A stretch of 63,132 bases of DNA, filler included, from Chrysochromulina tobinii (taxonomy: Eukaryota): NCBI GenBank assembly GCA_001275005.1. It is 8 parts of 8 records of this genome, joined end to end, with 100 filler letters (N's around TTAATTAATTAA, not from the genome) between each part and the next. Parts side by side here need not be neighbours in the genome. Positions count along the whole stretch, not along the records: positions 21,707 to 37,563 come from JWZX01001405.1; 7 more parts are not named here. One strand, 5' to 3'. A program made the position numbers and the translations under genes. Below the pieces are notes generated by a model. It made no database searches. It was not told where the DNA came from and saw only the letters and a list, made by a program, of their open reading frames with translations. Shown here in pieces: positions 24,584 through 36,791 of the stretch. The number at the start of each line of letters is the position of its first letter. The stretch's first letter is position 1.

Positions 24584-25666
24584 ATGGACGCCTGTGAGGC
24601 AATCGTCATGACCGTGGCCGTCGGCGCCTTGCTCAGCTGGGTCTGGCATGTACGCCGCCACTTGAGTGCATTTCCGATGCACCCTTCTGAGACCTTGGTT
24701 GTTGCAGGCGAGCTGACCACGCCTGCTGGTTGCCACGATTTCAACGCCTCGTGCCTTCCTCCATGCCCGACGTGCCAGCGCTTGAGTCGTGAGAGCTGTG
24801 CGCGTTGCCATGGGGAGCGAGGCTGCAAGAGGCGGCATCACAACCGCTCCAACTCACTAGCCGCTCCTCGTCAGCTTATTCGCTGGCTGCACTTTCCAAA
24901 GTGTGGAGCAACGTTCGCATTAAGCGCAATGTCGTATGCGTGCGCCAGCACCATCCCTACGTGGCACACCGTGGGCATGGCGCTGCGCGGCGGCCGGATC
25001 GACGTCCGAATGGCGCATGCAATCAACGCGCGCGGCCGGAAGCGCGGCACACGCTGTGACGGGCGCCTACTGCTCCCGTTTGACGGGCACCAGCCGGTGT
25101 CGGCACGTGATGCTGGCCTGGTCGCTATGTTCCGACGACCATCGCAACGGCTGATCTCGGCGTACCTTGACAATTATCACGCGTGGGGCCTCGCAGGGAG
25201 CGCACGCGCCACGATCAAGCAGCACGCGCCCACGATCGCCGCCTTTGCGCGCTTCCCGGGCATTGCCGGGTGCATGGCCAAGATGTTGAGTGGACACCAC
25301 TGCGCAGCAGATGTCGACTTGAGCGACGGCGCGGTGCTACGGAGAGCGCTTGAAGTGCTCCGCTCGGGGCGCTTCGCCTTCATTGGGCTGACCGAGGAGT
25401 GGCAGGCATCCGTCTGCTTGTTCCATCGGATGCTGCCCGAAGCGCCACCGCCGATGGCAGCCGAGTTTCGTCAACTCGGCCACTCGGTCAACTCGCACCG
25501 AGCGTTGGACTGGCTGCCGAGCTCGAGCGTCGACGGCGTGTACAACGAGAGCGTCTTGCAGGGCTTCGTCGATTTCGTTGACGAAGCCGTGTACGTGGAG
25601 GCTGCGCGGATCTTCAAAAGGAACATGCGCGTGCACCACGGCGGCCCGGCCGAAGAGCGAAGTTGA
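24584..25666 (+). CDS. Type II membrane sulfotransferase (Sulfotransfer_2/HS-sulfotransferase-like)
   Basis: N-terminal TM anchor; 5'-PSB motif WLHFPKCGAT; 3'-PB motif MFRRPSQRLISAY; FAFIGLTEEW; C-terminal D..VY. Confidence 0.8.
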   Translation: MDACEAIVMTVAVGALLSWVWHVRRHLSAFPMHPSETLVVAGELTTPAGCHDFNASCLPPCPTCQRLSRESCARCHGERGCKRRHHNRSNSLAAPRQLIRWLHFPKCGATFALSAMSYACASTIPTWHTVGMALRGGRIDVRMAHAINARGRKRGTRCDGRLLLPFDGHQPVSARDAGLVAMFRRPSQRLISAYLDNYHAWGLAGSARATIKQHAPTIAAFARFPGIAGCMAKMLSGHHCAADVDLSDGAVLRRALEVLRSGRFAFIGLTEEWQASVCLFHRMLPEAPPPMAAEFRQLGHSVNSHRALDWLPSSSVDGVYNESVLQGFVDFVDEAVYVEAARIFKRNMRVHHGGPAEERS

Positions 25667-26223
25667 AGAGATAACCATCGAACGGACACCGCGTCAGCCT
25701 GCGGACAACCGGACATTCGACATAGGCGCCGGACATAGGCGCGAGGGTCCCAGAGTCAACTGACAGAGGATAGATAGCCGATAGAGGTTTCGTTAATAAA
25801 TGAGTGATTTCCGATCATTAAACATAATTCATATGGGATCGCGGATCATAGAAAGATCATAGATCCTGATCCATGACCCCCTCATGACCCCCGCTCGCCC
25901 CGGGGACACGTCGAGTCAGACCTCCTTGCGCGCTGGCGACCCTCTGCTCGCCTGTTGACCACAAGGCGGTTCTGCTTCTGGCTTGAGCCTTAACATCCGC
26001 ATCGATGCACACTCACGCGGACGGGTCGAGGACCACCGGAGCATAACGTGCCTGTGGTCCCTACGCCGTCAAGTCAGGAAATACACCGCCTTTCCCAGAC
26101 CACTGCCCAGCGCCGGCGCCAACTCCGTGTAAGGGGGTAGATCAGGGTAGATCTGACCTACCCCCTTACTCCCGTGCTGTCCGAAGCCTCTGCGGAGCGG
26201 CCTCTCGCAACCCAGCGTGCGCA

Positions 26224-29200
26224 TCAGCCGGTGCGCTGAATCAAGTGAACACCACTCGCAGTCTCGACGATGTCGCTCAGCTCGCCCTCCTCGTCGTCCG
26301 TCGGCGCGCGCAGCGCGAGCACCGCTTCCTCGAACTCGGGCTGCATGTACTTGGCGGCAAACCAGCCGAGATCGCCGCCGTGTTTGGCCGTGTCGCAGTC
26401 CGAGAATGCCTCCGCGAGCGTCGCGATGTCCTTCTTGCCCTCCTCGATCATCTTTTTGTACTTTTTGAGCAGATTGATCGCCTCCTGCTTGGTGCGACGC
26501 TTGATCTCGCGGCCCTCGGGGTCACGCCACGAGGACATCCGGCGAGACTCGTTGTGCTTGAGAAGGATGTGCGAGGCGCGTGCGATCGCGGGCGGGTCGT
26601 TGCGCGTGTCGATCGCCTCCTTCCAATCGTCGCGCTGCTTCTGATCGTCGAAGCAGAGCGAGAAGACCTCACCGCCCGCGTCTGCGATCGAGAGCTCAGG
26701 CCCGTCCTCGCCGTCCTCCTCCACAGCTTCCGTCTTGCATCCGTGCAGCATGAGCGCCTCGGACGGCTCGGTGCCATCCTTGTCCTCGGGCGCATCGGCG
26801 CCCTCGTAGAGCAACAGCACCTGCCCGTACAAGTAGCCAAAGTACTCGCCGTACCCCTCGCCCTCCCACACCTTGCACTTGCCCTCGTGAGAGGCCTCGC
26901 CCTCGAGCTGTGAGAACGCCTTGGAGGTGAGCACGAGGAGGTCGCGCTCTTCGGTCTTCTGGAGCCCGCACGCGATCGGCTTCTTCTGCGTCGCGAGCAG
27001 CAGACCGGCGGGATCCTCGGGATCGCACGAGAGCACCGTCGCGCTCAGGTCGAAGACCTTTGTCCCCCCAAAGCGAGACTTGAGCGAGATGTTCTGTTTC
27101 GTCACGCAGAGCTTTGCCGGCCCGTCCTGCGTGCGCACCTCGTACTCAGCCTTCCCTTCGAGGATGGCTGCCTTCAGGTTCTCGCGATCCTCCGCCATCA
27201 GCCGCACGCACTCGTCCGACGCCTCCGTCGCGCCTTCCTTGGACGCCTCGCCGTTGGCGCCCAAGAGCTTCCACTCGCCGAACAGCCAGCAGCCCACATC
27301 CTCAGCCGTGAGCACGTAGCGCGACTCCGTCGACCCGATCGGCGTCCACTCGGCGCTGTCGTCGGGCTCGGTCGGGCACCGATGCCAGCCATACTGGAGC
27401 GTGAGCCCTTCCGCCTCCGCCTCCTCCGAAATGCTAATTGGCACCTCAATCGTGAGCGTGCAGCCCACCTGGAGATCACCCTGCATCTCGGCGAGCGGCT
27501 CATCGTCGTCCTCGTCCTCGTCCTCCTCCTCGTCCTCGTCGTCCTCGCCCTCCTTTTCTTCCGCCGTCGACTCCTCCTCCTCGCCCTCCTCCTCCTCGCT
27601 CTCCTCCTCCTCTTCCCCCTCCTCTTCCTCACCCTCCTCCTCCTCGCCTTCATCGTCCGCAGCCGTCTCTTCCTCGTCCTCCACTGAACGCACCGCGAGC
27701 GGTGGCGCCTGATCGATGAGCTCAGACTCCACGCGGACCTCTTCCTCCGCCTTCTCCGCCGCCGCCTTCTCCGCCGCCGCCTTCGCGGCCGCCGCCTTCT
27801 CGGCCGCTTCCTTCTCGGCCGCCGCCTTCGCGGCCGCCGCCTTCTCGGCCGCCGCCTTCTCGGCCGCCGCCTTCTCGGCCGCCGCCTTATCGGCCGCCGC
27901 CTTCTCGGCCGCCGCCTTCTCGGCCGCCGCCTTCTCGGCCGCTGCCTTCTCGGCCGCCGCCTTCTCGGCCGCCGCCGCCTTCTCGGCCGCCGCCTTCTCA
28001 GCTGCTGCCTTCTCGGCTGCTGCCTTCTCGGCCGCCAACCTCTCGGCGGCCGCCTTGTCCGCCGCCGCCTTCTCGGCCGCCCTCTCCTGCGCCGTGACGA
28101 GTACCCCCGCTCCGGTCTGCATCCCATCGAGGAACTCCCCACAGTAGCTCGCACCATCAGGCAGAAAGAGGCGGCCCACCCCCCTTCGCTGCCCAAGCAC
28201 CCACTCGCCCTCATACCGCTCCCCCCGCACAGTGTGCACGCCAAAGCCACTCCTCATTCCATCCTCAAATGCGCCCTCGTACGTCTCCTGTACCGTCTCC
28301 TGTACGCGCGCGTTCGCCGCCCTGGCACTCGCCAGCGGCGGCGGGTTTAGCGCCCAGCGCCCCTCACCTGCAAAGAGTCCAGCGGCCCATTGGCCTTTGT
28401 ACACCAGCCCGCTGCTCGGTGCGTCCAGGGTGCCGAAGCCTTCGCGCTGACCCTCCACCCACGCGCCCATGTAGAGCTGCTGGGGTGCTAAGGCGGCGGC
28501 GGCGGCGGCGCCAGCCTCAGCCGTGTCTTCGCGTGCGCCATCTCCTCTGCAACCCTTGCCGCCCGCCGCCGCCGCGAGCTCGGCACGTGACGAATCCCGA
28601 TCACGTGACGAAACCGTCGCGAGCTCGGCGCCGTAGCCATGTGACGAAACCGTCGCGAGCTCGGCGCCGTAGCCATGCTCCGTCCCATGGCGCCATTCGC
28701 CCAGATAGATGGAATGGTCCTGGTGGCGATAGAGCACTCCCCGCCCGTGCCACTGCCCATTGAGCCGCTCGCCAAAGTAGTCACCGCCGCCGCCCGCTGC
28801 CGAGCTGCTTGCCCCCTCGGACACGAGGCTCGGCCCCTCTCCTTCAGTAGGCACGTGCTCAAAAGGCTTGTCTGCCGCCACCAGCGGCGGCGCCGCCGCC
28901 GGCGCTGCCGCCGGCGCTGCCGCTGGCGCTGCCGCCGGCGCTGCTGCTGCTGCGCGACTTTTCTTCTTGATGGAAGGGACGCCATCCCCAGAATCGCCCA
29001 AGTCGCCAAACTCCTCGCCAAAGTCGGCCAGGGCAGCGGCGGCCTCCGCCTTGGCCCCCGCATACCGCTGCTTGAACCACGTGAGGCCCTGTGAGAGGCG
29101 TTGGCTGACTTGCTCACGAGCGGCACTCGCCTTCTCCTCAAAGCGAGTCGGCCCCGCGTCGGCGGACACACGGCCGCCGCCGCCGCCGCCAGCGGACAAG

Positions 29201-31500
29201 TCCGGGGGCTCTGCGGTCGGTGCGCTCGCCGCGAGCCGTGCACACCTGTGGAATGGGGGAGCGCCGTGGTGAGCACTTGCATGCGACGGCCGGTCATCCG
29301 TTCGGCTCGCCGCAAGCCGTGCATACCAGAGTCGGGCGGGCCCGTGCAGCTTGTTGGCGACGACCCAACGTTGAAAGTTGTCCGTGAGCGCCCATTGACT
29401 CACCCACGGCGCCCCTGCAAAGTCGTTCAACGGCTTCGCATCACCTTCGAGGATCTGTTTGGTCGCGGTCGCAAGGAGCCGTGCCATGTGAGCATGCACC
29501 TCGGAACGCACCCAATCGCTCGAGCCCTCCCACTTCGCTGTACTCGCGTCTGGGTCCGCCGCCGCCGTGCGGCAGGCCGCCGAGAGCTTGTTCGCAAACG
29601 CCTGCTCCCCGTGTGTCAGTGCACACGCGGCGAGAAGGTGCTTCTCCTGCACGTGCAGCTGCGTCGTCGCGAGCCCGGACGCAGTCGTCCAGTTGACCTC
29701 GGCGCCGCCGCCGCCGCTGCTGCTGCCCGCCCGCAGCGTCAAGACGACTTGCGCGAGCGGCGCGAGCAAGAGAGCACTGGCCTCATCCACGGCCGCTGCA
29801 CACCAAGACTTGAGCCCGACCGTGCTCTTCCCTGGCCGCAGCACGTGCGCATGCCAGCAGGAGGCTCCCGGCAGGAGCACATGCTGCGCGTCAAAAGGCA
29901 CAAGCGAGCCGGGGGGCGCCTGCCAGTCCGCAGGCAATGGAGGCCAGGCGCCGTCTGTTGCGGCATGAGACGAGGCAGCGGTAGAAGAGGATGTGGTGGT
30001 GGCCGCGGCCGGGGCCGCCGCCGTCGGCGCGCCTGGCGGTGGCGGCGGGAGCAGGCCGTGAGGCAGGAGGCTTGCGAAGGCGAGCAGGGCTGCACTCGCC
30101 AGCGAGGGCTGCGGCAGCTGCTGCCCTTGGGCGGTCGGCTGGCGGGCGGGCGCAAACAGGATGCGAGACTCGAGGAGGGCCAGCTTGAGGCAGCGTAGCA
30201 GATCCGTCGCGCCCGCGAGAACCAGAGGTCGAGGGTCGAGCGCCTCACCTGTGGGGAAGAGGGCGGGAGCGCCGTGGTGAGCACTTGCATGCAAGGCAGA
30301 GGTCGAGGGTCGAGCTTCACAGTGGCCTCACCTGTGAAGCAGGGCGTTGGGCGCCGTGGTGAGCACGAGCACTTGCACGCGAGGCCAATCAGGGGTCATC
30401 AGAGGCCATCAGATGCACTCACCGAAAGTGAGGAGCTCGGTGGGCTCGGAGAGCATGACAGGAGCGCGCAGACTCTCGAGGAGATCTTCCATGCCGTCAT
30501 CGCCCTCCCCCCGGCCACCGCCCACCTCGCCACCGCCACCGCCACCGCCACCGCCACCGCCACCGCCAACGCCAACGCCACTGCCATCAGCGCAGTTGCG
30601 GGCGCGGGGTTGGCTGAGATAAGTTGCCGACGCTACCGCCGAAAAGGCCGTGAGTCGCACCTGGAGGAGCGCGTGCAGGGGCAGCGAGCTCAGAGCACAG
30701 ACCGCGAGCGCACCCGCGCCGCCGCCGCTGCCGCCGCCACCGCCGCCGCCGCGACCACCCATCAGACGACACGCCACGCCGTACAGCCACTTGCATGCGG
30801 AGCCGTCGGCTTTTACTGGGCCACACGTGCCGCCATCGAGGGGGAGGCTGAAGAAGGTGTAGTTGCCGATGCCGCTGTCGATGCCGGTGGACGGGCGGCC
30901 GTCGCGAAGCACATCTTCCTTGGACAGCCGGCCGCTGCCGCCCTCGCCACCTCCACGCCCGAAGAGAGTCCTCACCCGCGGCGTCGCTGCCCAGACAAAC
31001 TGCTCGACAAGGCTGCTCGCCGCGCCGCCCGTGCGGCCGGCGAGTAGAGTGCCGCACGAGACGGCGACCTGGTGCCACGCCGTCGGCGGTAGCGGTCGCA
31101 CGTCGCCATGCGCAATGTGCCTGAGCACGACGGCGGCGCCGGTGAAAGCATCCACGCCCACCTCGGCCACGTACAAGACCGGTGCGGGCGCGGCCGCTCT
31201 CCGAGGCGCCGCCGACTTGGTGCTCTTCTCTGGCGACTCATCAAGCTCAGCATCATAGCGACGGCGGCGGCCGCCGGCGCGCACCGAAAGGAGCGTCTGG
31301 TCATACTCCTTGCGCGCCGCGGTCGACGAGAGCACGCTGAATGCTGCACTCACCCGCTGAAAGGCGGCCTGGCCCTCGGCACTCGTGTCGCCGGTGCGAT
31401 CTGGATGCACCTCGCGCGAGCGCTGAAGGTAGGCGACTCTAATCTCCGCGGCGGTTGCTTTGCGGTCGCACCCCAGCACGTCGTAGAGGGTGTTTTCCAT
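26224..31500 (-). CDS. Multidomain protein DnaJ - AVL9/DENN-like - MORN repeats - (EKAAA)n - acidic - Ig/AIR9-like - PH - Pin1-type parvulin PPIase; introns 30422-30249 and 29326-29246
   Basis: LYDVLG..HPD..FQRV..AFSVLS (J-domain); WEGSSDWVR and W..TDNFQRW (AVL9-like); YxGEWxxGxxxGxG repeats; [17 protein letters not shown] (PH); [35 protein letters not shown] (parvulin). Splicing keeps the frame. Confidence 0.78.
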
Positions 31501-31668
31501 TCGCGGCGGCGGCCGACGCAATCTGTGCGAGGAATCAACGAAATTCGAAACTCGGTAAAAGTTGGGGAAATTTGCAAAATGAGTCGAAGCGCGCTGTAGC
31601 GATCTCCGGCAAGCAAGACCCGCGAAGACGAAGCTCCCGCCGGTCGTCGCCGATAAAGCTTTCTCACC

Positions 31669-31951
31669 ATGGAGATCGCCGGTGCGTGTTAGCCCGACCT
31701 TCCACGCCCGTACACCCCACGTTCACCCGGCTCGCGCCGAAACCTGGTTCTGAGCTTCGCTCCGCCCACGCTCCCTGGCCGTAGGCATCCAAGGAGAGGA
31801 CCTCGCACCCGTCATTCTGTTGATCCTGATTGTCAGCTTCCTTACGTACATTTGCTGCGCGCCGGGTTCGGCACCAAGCGGCGAGCCTAAGGATAGGCCG
31901 CACTCATTCTCCTCGACGAGGGACATGCTTGACGACGATAAGGATGACTAG
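31669..31951 (+). CDS. Small single-TM protein (~59 aa), two exons 31669-31681 and 31785-31951 (not in the ORF track)
   Basis: ATG GAG ATC GCC G|GTGCGT...CCGTAG|GC gives MEIAGIQGEDLAPVILLILIVSFLTYICCAPGSAPSGEPKDRPHSFSSTRDMLDDDKDD*. Divergent from the DnaJ gene, ~170 bp apart. Confidence 0.6.
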
Positions 31952-32508
31952 TCCCTCTTGCACCTCGTACGCCGCCGCATCACGGGGATCGGCGCCGAGC
32001 GGTGCGCCCACGGACAGATCGCACTCATTCGCTTCGATGGAGGACATGCTCGACAACGCTAAGAATGTCTAGAGAGCCGCACTCTCTCCCCATGCCTTGC
32101 GACCCGCTCGCGGTCGCGACGGGGACCACCGTTCATGTCTCTCACATTCGTGTGTATCCAGGTGAACCTAGTTAATACGGTGTCGACTTTGGCACACGTG
32201 TCTAATACGGCTAGATCGCCTAAATTGTATCGCCACCAGCTTACCCATCCACGACGCCACGGCAACACACCCTGCGCTGTCGTCTTTTTATGTCCCGGGT
32301 TCTGACAGGGTTCATTGACAGGGTTCTGGAGGGGTCGCCCCACATTGTTATGTCCCGTCGAACGTTCGCGATTCGAGCATAGACGGCGGTGTACTGCCAG
32401 GTTTGTGCTCAACTCGGCGGGAACGACTGTGAACACGGGCGGGCCTTCTTCTGTGCGTCGCTGCTCTTTGAGCTCTGGAGCGCGCGGTGCACACGCACAG
32501 CACTCATC

Positions 32509-35225
32509 ATGCTCGGTGCTCGAATAATCGAGGATCACGTACCCAAGCCTGAAGACGAGGACGAGGACGAGGAGGACGATGCGGCCTCTCCCAAGGGCGA
32601 CGCCGCCGCCGCCGCGAAGAAGAAGAAGAAGAAGAAAAAGAAAAAGACACCGAGCAAAGAGGAGTCGAAGCAGGCAGCAGAACCTGCTTCGCCTGCTGCG
32701 GCTGAGGAGGCGGCCGCCGAGAATGCCGCCAAGGAGGCGGCCGCGGCTGCGGAGAAGGCGGCGGCGCAGAAGGCGGCAGCCGACAAGGCGGCAGCCGACA
32801 AGGCAGCTTCAGATAAGAAAGCGACCGAGAAGGCAGGGGCAGAAAAAACAGCGGCGGCCGAAAACAAGGCGGCCGAGAAAGAGGCGGCCGAAAAGGCCAA
32901 GGCCGATAAGAAGGCGGCCGAGAAGGCGGCGGCGGAGGAGGAATCAGCCGAGAAGGCGGCGTCCGAGAAGGCGGCGGCAGAGGCGGCGGCGGCTGAGGCG
33001 GCGGCGGCGGCTGAGAAGGCGGCAGCCGAGATGGCGGCGGCCGAGAGGGCTGCGGCCGAGAAGGCAGCAGCCGAGAAGAAGGCGGGCGAGAGGGCGGCAG
33101 CCGAGAAGACGGCGGCTGAGGCGGCGGCGGCTGAGGCGGCGGCGGCCGAGAAGGCGGCGGCCGAGAAGGCAGCGGCCGAAAAAGCGGCGGCAGAGAAGGC
33201 GGCGGCCGAGGAGGCGGCGGCCGAGGCGGCGGCGGCTGAGGCGGCGGCGGCTGAGGCGGCGGCGGCTGAGGCGGCGGCGGCCGAGAGGGCGGCGGCCGAG
33301 AGGGCGGCGGCCGAGAGGGCGGCGGCCGAGAAGGCGGCGGGTTCTGTGACCGAGGCGCAGCCCGCTGCGGCGCTAGCTTGGGCGCGTGGTCTTCTCGACG
33401 ACAAGGACGCGCGCCTCGCCTTCGCCGGGCAGGTGTTTGGCCATGCAGACGCGGACGGTTCGGGATCCGTCGAGGGCGCGGTGGCGATCGCGCTCATGCA
33501 GAAGATTGCACGGGCTTCTGATCTGAAGCTGCCTTCCATCGATCAGATGCAAGAGCTCCTCGAGAGCTGTGAACAGAGTGGCGACGGCTCTCTTCAGCTC
33601 CGCGAGTTTCAGACCTTCTTCAAGGCAGTGCTCGAGACGGCGGTGAAGCCCTCGAAGGGCACCGAGGACGAGGAGGACGTGGTCGTCGCGCCTTTCATGC
33701 CCACCTTGCAGACCCTGGCAAGCGCCCAGGCGAAGCAGATCGCGCAGTCGGCGGCGCATACGGAGCTTGAGGCCGCAAAGAAGAAGGAGGAGGAGGCGGC
33801 ACACTTCCAGGCCTTAGCAGCGGCGGAGGCCAAGAAGGTGGCGCAGGAGGCCGCACATACGGAGCTTGAGGCGTCACGCAAGAAGGAGGAGAATGAGGCG
33901 CAATTCCAGGCGCTTGCCGCGGCGGAGACGAAGCAGACGAGCCAGCAGGCCGCGCAGTCGGCGCTCGACTCGGCGCGAAAGCGTGAGTCGGAGGTCGTGA
34001 AGCTCCAGGGCCTCGCCACTGTTTGCCACTGATGACCCTTTGATTGCGTCCTCCCGCAGGTGAGTCGGAGGGTGTAAAGCTCCAGGGCCTCGCTGGACGA
34101 CTCGCTGCGGCATCATCCAAGGGCGACAGCCCGACCTCCAAGGTACGGGTCGCTCTCATGACCTCTAATGACCTCTAATGACCTCTGATGACCTCTAGTG
34201 ACGTCAGATCACCTCTGATGACCCCTAATGACCTCTGATGACCTCCAATGACCTCCAAGGTACGGGTCGCTCTCGTGCCTCGCCCCCACGAGCCCCGGAG
34301 CCCGACCCGGCTCGCATGCATGTGCTCACCACGGCGCCTCGTCCCTCCCAGGTCGCGATGCAGCTCCGCTTCGAGCAGGCAGTTGACGACGATGAGCTGC
34401 CCGGCAGCGCAGATGGGGCGCAGAGCACTGAGCAGCCTGTGGTCATTGAGGATGCGTATGCCGGTAGCGGTGGCTTCGAGGTGCTGTGAGCCCCCGAGTG
34501 ATGGCCTCTGATGGCCTCTGATGGCCTCTGATGGCCTCTGATGGCCTCTGATGGCCTCTGATGGCCTCTGATAGCACACTGATGACCACTACTGATCACA
34601 CATGTGCCCTGCGTGTAGGTACAGCGAGTGCAAAAGGGAGGTGACGCCGAGGCGGACGCCGAGGTGGCAGGCGTGCTCGGCACGGCGGCGGTCAAGCTGA
34701 CGGACAACGCCTTGACCCTCGGCAGCAAGATTGTGGAGATCGCGGAGATCTTGCCGGCGAGCGACCAGCTCGTCGACGCCGCTGCCGCCTCAGTCGAATC
34801 TGTCGTCGAGGCGGCATACGAGGGCGCCGCCGTCGCTGCGCAGGGGTTCGAGGCGGCGCGAACGGCCGTCGCCGACTGGCCTGTGGCCACCGAGCTCCTT
34901 GCCGCTGCACGCGAGTGGATGGGCTGGTAACGCTCCACTGTGGAACGCTCCACTGTGGAACGCTCCACTGTGGAACGCTCCACTGTGGAACGCTCCACTG
35001 TGGAACGCTCCATTGTGGAACGCTCCACTGTGGAACGCTCCACTCCGGACCCGGCTCGCATGCACGTGCTCACCACGGCGCCCCCCCTCCACCTTCCTTC
35101 ACAGGTGGGGCTCCACCCCGGACCCGGCAACGGCTCCCGTACCGGTCGGTGGGACCATCCCTCGCTCACCGGCGTTGGCGCCGACGGCAGCGCCGGCGGC
35201 GGTAACATACGTCACGCCGGCGTAA
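32509..35225 (+). CDS. (EKAAA)n coiled-coil plus EF-hand-pair protein; introns 33983-34059, 34143-34351, 34481-34618, 34927-35104; true start uncertain
   Basis: EF-like loops DADGSGSVE and [13 protein letters not shown]. Four GT-AG introns give one continuous frame ending ...VTYVTPA* at 35225. Confidence 0.7.
34498..34572. repeat. Intronic 10-bp tandem repeat (ATGGCCTCTG)n; related (ATGACCTCT[A/G])n at 34158-34258
   Basis: About 7 exact copies and ~10 degenerate copies within introns 3 and 2 of the EF-hand gene. Confidence 0.92.
34925..35044. repeat. Intronic 15-bp tandem repeat (TGGAACGCTCCACTG)x~8
   Basis: Directly visible; the first copy carries the GT donor at 34927. Confidence 0.92.
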
Positions 35226-35717
35226 CCACAAGAGCTACTGGTACCACACAGACCACGGCGCTCCGCGATCAGGCATCTTGGTTCTCGATGGCACAGCGAA
35301 GGACGGTGCTCCGTCCGGAGAATGAGTTGGAGCGCGTCTCTTTGTGCAGGTCACGTGGTTTCTACCGATGTGGCGTGTTATCGGCACTCTGCGGTGGCTC
35401 AATGCTGCTCTACATCGGCGTTTCTGCCGTTCGCGCTCTCGTGTGAGCGCTAACGTGTATCAAAGACGGAGCCGCCGCGTCCCCCTGCCCCTTGCCACGT
35501 GTCGGCGTGTGGAGTCACTGCGAGCCGAGCAAGACTGCGCTGCCTCCCCGATGAGAGCCGTATCGAAATAGCCCCCATCACTGTTAACTCACCGCACACG
35601 ATTCGCCCACGCCGCCACAAACCTCTTTTATGTGAAAGATCGCATTATGTGTTTCTGTTGCGTTAAATAAAGTAAACCCACCAACGCTGTCAAGTGTTTC
35701 GTCACAATGTGAAAAAG

Positions 35718-36623
35718 TCATCCATCATGCGAGATCGAGCGCCACGAGCGCCAGGGCCAGTAGGCGAGCGCGAGCCGCTCGATGCCGCTAAACATGGAGA
35801 AGACACACGCGATGTAGATGCAGCGCACTCCGAGGTCACGCGCGGCGATGCGGCTTAGGCGCGTGCCTGATGGTCCGTGCTCGAGATATTGCCGGTTTAG
35901 GAAGGCGACGAGGGTTTCTCGGAGCTCCACTGACGTCATGCTCCATGTCGCCGGCGTCGTGACGACGTACGACCAGCACAGGTTGAGCGGCGCAGAGACA
36001 AGGCACGTGGCAAATGAGGCGAGCATGTCGGAGAGGATCTCGCGCGGTCCTGACGGGACGACCGGCGTGAGGACCTCCTGTATCGGCGGAGAGAACATTC
36101 TGATGCCCGCCATGCCACACGCATTCCGCAGCACAAAGAAGGGCGCGCCCGGACCCCACGGGCGCACAATGTTGGAGAGAGGCACTGTGGCCGCCTGCAC
36201 CTTGGGCGCCTGCACATTGTACGCCATTTGCACGTTGCGCGTCTGCGAGCCAAACGTGATGAAGGTTTCGAGCGTCGCTGTCCCGAGGAGAGCAAACGGC
36301 GTGGGCAGGTACGAGTGCAGCGCGTGAAAGAATGGGCCAATAATGGTCCACTGTGGCACTGCCGGGCCGGCGGAGACCATTGCGCCCGTAAAGCCGACTC
36401 GCAGGCGAGTGGCCAAGCTGGCGCCGCTTCCACCGAACGCATGGAGGTACAACCGAGACAAACTCGACGTCTGATCCTTTGCCGCGTTGGACATGGCGTT
36501 GCGAAGCGGTGTGAGCGATGCTATGACGACAGGGCCACCGAGCGCGCCCGCAGCTGCGAGTGGCGGCGGCGGGATCGCATCGAACAGCGACGTGCTGGAC
36601 GTGACTACCTCGGCATTACTCAT
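35718..36623 (-). CDS. Divergent mitochondrial-carrier-like membrane protein (301 aa)
   Basis: ~300 aa with a three-fold hydrophobic pattern and degenerate carrier-like signatures (TPLRNA, APLNLC, GFTG, PWGPG..FFVLRN). Confidence 0.5.
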   Translation of the reverse strand: MSNAEVVTSSTSLFDAIPPPPLAAAGALGGPVVIASLTPLRNAMSNAAKDQTSSLSRLYLHAFGGSGASLATRLRVGFTGAMVSAGPAVPQWTIIGPFFHALHSYLPTPFALLGTATLETFITFGSQTRNVQMAYNVQAPKVQAATVPLSNIVRPWGPGAPFFVLRNACGMAGIRMFSPPIQEVLTPVVPSGPREILSDMLASFATCLVSAPLNLCWSYVVTTPATWSMTSVELRETLVAFLNRQYLEHGPSGTRLSRIAARDLGVRCIYIACVFSMFSGIERLALAYWPWRSWRSISHDG

Positions 36624-36791
36624 CCTTGAGGTTCCGCAGTTTCTGCGAACTTTCTCTTCAGAACATGTACATGTAGATGCCCTAGGGAATATAGAGTGTC
36701 ATGGCTCGTCTTGTTCGTCATGATGTTTCGATGAGTTTCGTTCAGAACCGCGGGGACGCCGAGGTTCGTGGCGGAACTTTTGCGTGTCGTG

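Noticed and set aside
34925..35044. Short regular repeats as a CRISPR array
   Set aside because: They are head-to-tail repeats without unique spacers, lie inside an intron, and there are no cas genes.
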